Positions 15,851 through 17,400 of a stretch of 17,400 bases of DNA are shown one piece after another. The stretch spans positions 1-17,400 of the forward strand of contig CALKOM010000041.1 of assembly GCA_938091905.1 (NCBI GenBank), in the 5' to 3' direction. Positions within the stretch are counted from its first letter, which is position 1. Each line of letters begins with the position of its first letter. The notes beneath the pieces were generated by a model, which was not told the DNA's origin, did not search any database, and saw only the letters and a list, made by a program, of their open reading frames with translations. This DNA comes from an uncultured Verrucomicrobiales bacterium (GTDB lineage: Bacteria > Verrucomicrobiota > Verrucomicrobiia > Verrucomicrobiales > DEV007). Both the position numbers and the translations under genes were made by a program.

Positions 15851-17200
15851 ATGAATAAGACTCGCAATATCATTAAGATGGCAGTAGCCGGGGGCTTGGC
15901 CTTGACAGCAGGAGACTTTCTTCTGCTCGCTCAAGATGCTCCGGCCTACGCCGACTACGATGCTTTCTCTAGTTCGCCCGGATTTCCTATCTTTACGGTA
16001 AACAACCTCTGGATCTGTATCTCGGCGGCGTTGGTGTTTATCATGCATCTGGGCTTTGCTTCTCTCGAAGCGGGATTAACGCAGCAGAAGAACACGGTTA
16101 ATATTCTGTTTAAGAACGTGTGGATCCTTTCTACTGGAGTCCTGCTCTACGCTATGTGGGGCTTTAATGCGATGTATCCCGGCGACTTTAATGAGTTCTT
16201 CTCGCCTGGTAGCTGGTTTGCTCAGAGTCTTGATGATGTTTCCCAAACTACTGATGCCTATAATGCGGGCTACACGTGGTGGGGGGACTTTGTCTTCCAG
16301 GCCATGTTTGCTGCAACCGGTGCCACCATCGTTTCTGGTGCAGTGGCGGAGCGGATCAAGCTAAGTTCGTTCATGATCTTTGCGGTATTACTGGTTGGAT
16401 TCGCTTATCCTATAACTGGTTCTTGGAAGTGGGGTGCAGGCTGGCTTGATGATCGCGGGTTCTATGACTTTGCAGGATCATCTGTCGTTCACGCATTTGG
16501 TGGGTTTGCTGCCCTCGCAGCGGTTCTCGTGCTGGGACCCCGTTCCGGTAAGTTTACCACCCAAGGTATCAAACCGATTCCGGGACACAGCATGCCACTT
16601 GCGACGATCGGGGTCTTTCTCCTCTGGTTAGGATGGTATGGATTCAATGGTGGTTCCGTACTCAGTGCTGATCCCAAGCTAGTCTCCTTTGTCTTCGTGA
16701 CTACGACACTTGGCGCCTGTGCTGGCGCAGTGGCTGCGATTGCTGCGGCTTGGATATTCCTCAAAAAGCCAGATCTTTCAATGGCGCTCAATGGTATTCT
16801 TGCCGGTCTCGTCGGGATCACGGCAGGTGCTGACACCGTGTCAGAATTTAGTGCCATTCTCATGGGTGGTGTTTCAGGAGTGATCGTTGTCTTCGCAATC
16901 GTCTTTTTTGATAAGGTCAAAATTGATGATCCTGTCGGTGCAATTTCTGTTCACGGAGTCTGTGGCATTTGGGGAACCATTGCTGTCGGAATCTTTTCCA
17001 CGAACCCCGACCACAGCCTTGCCGAGCAGGTGATCGGCACGCTATCGATCGGTGCGTTTGCATTCATCTTTTCCTTTATCGTCATGATGATTCTCAAGGC
17101 GACGATGGGCGTCAGGGTTTCAGAGGAACTGGAAGAGGCTGGCCTGGATATTGAAGAACACGGCGCCCCCGCTTACACCCATTCCCCCGGAATGGACTAG
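15851..17200 (+). CDS. amtB: Ammonium transporter (Amt/AmtB)
   Basis: MHLGFASLEAG; FQAMFAAT..TIVSGAVAER; DFAGSSVVH and DDPVGAISVHGVCG (both pore His); LWLGWYGFNGGS; NGILAGLVGITAG; C-terminal EEAGLDIEEHG; N-terminal signal-like extension. Confidence 0.97.
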   Translation: MNKTRNIIKMAVAGGLALTAGDFLLLAQDAPAYADYDAFSSSPGFPIFTVNNLWICISAALVFIMHLGFASLEAGLTQQKNTVNILFKNVWILSTGVLLYAMWGFNAMYPGDFNEFFSPGSWFAQSLDDVSQTTDAYNAGYTWWGDFVFQAMFAATGATIVSGAVAERIKLSSFMIFAVLLVGFAYPITGSWKWGAGWLDDRGFYDFAGSSVVHAFGGFAALAAVLVLGPRSGKFTTQGIKPIPGHSMPLATIGVFLLWLGWYGFNGGSVLSADPKLVSFVFVTTTLGACAGAVAAIAAAWIFLKKPDLSMALNGILAGLVGITAGADTVSEFSAILMGGVSGVIVVFAIVFFDKVKIDDPVGAISVHGVCGIWGTIAVGIFSTNPDHSLAEQVIGTLSIGAFAFIFSFIVMMILKATMGVRVSEELEEAGLDIEEHGAPAYTHSPGMD

Positions 17201-17261
17201 ACAGGAGGACGCCGACTAACAAATTCCTGAGAAGGAAATACGAGTTGGTCGTATCGTGCAC

Positions 17262-17294
17262 GGCAGTGGGGGACACGTCCTCCACTGCCTTTCT
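17262..17294 (+). terminator. Intrinsic terminator of amt
   Basis: GGCAGTGGGGGA-CACG-TCCTCCACTGCC (12-bp stem, one G:U) followed by TTTCT, about 60 nt after the amt stop. Confidence 0.75.
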
Positions 17295-17400
17295 CGTCTC
17301 GATCTAGCCTGCTCGTCTCAACGCGAAACGGGTCTGGTGATTTCTGATCGGAAGATTGATGCTTCAGTATCAAGCCTCAAATCAAGAGTTCCTTAGAACG

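Noticed and set aside
17356..17373. TTGAT-N8-ATCAA inverted repeat resembling an FNR box
   Set aside because: FNR needs N4 spacing; downstream context lies outside the window, so no function can be supported.
1..17400. Other short overlapping or antisense ORFs; CRISPR arrays, rRNA and tRNA genes
   Set aside because: The short ORFs are shadows of well-supported genes; I saw no regularly spaced repeats or structural RNA genes by eye (not computationally verified).

Overview
Bacterial chromosomal window, moderately GC-rich. The gene set (Tat-exported Gfo/Idh/MocA protein, HEAT-tailed M1 peptidase, few Shine-Dalgarno sites) suggests Verrucomicrobiota/PVC, but this is inference only. In order: an uncharacterised protein probably truncated at the window edge, uppP, an M23 peptidase, a 536-bp gap with a possible decayed membrane-protein ORF, a Tat-exported Gfo/Idh/MocA oxidoreductase, a full-length but inactivated IS3-family element (5001-6312), uxaA (minus) divergent from a BASS symporter, a translationally coupled TPR-AAA+ ATPase / TPR-polytopic membrane protein pair followed by a GT9 glycosyltransferase, a convergent exported M1 aminopeptidase with HEAT repeats and a coiled-coil tail, and an Amt transporter with a clear sigma-54 promoter, a terminator and no adjacent P-II gene. 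The best candidate for an undescribed system is the TPR-AAA+/TPR-membrane pair, a possible membrane-associated unfoldase/extractase. Several genes also look leaderless.
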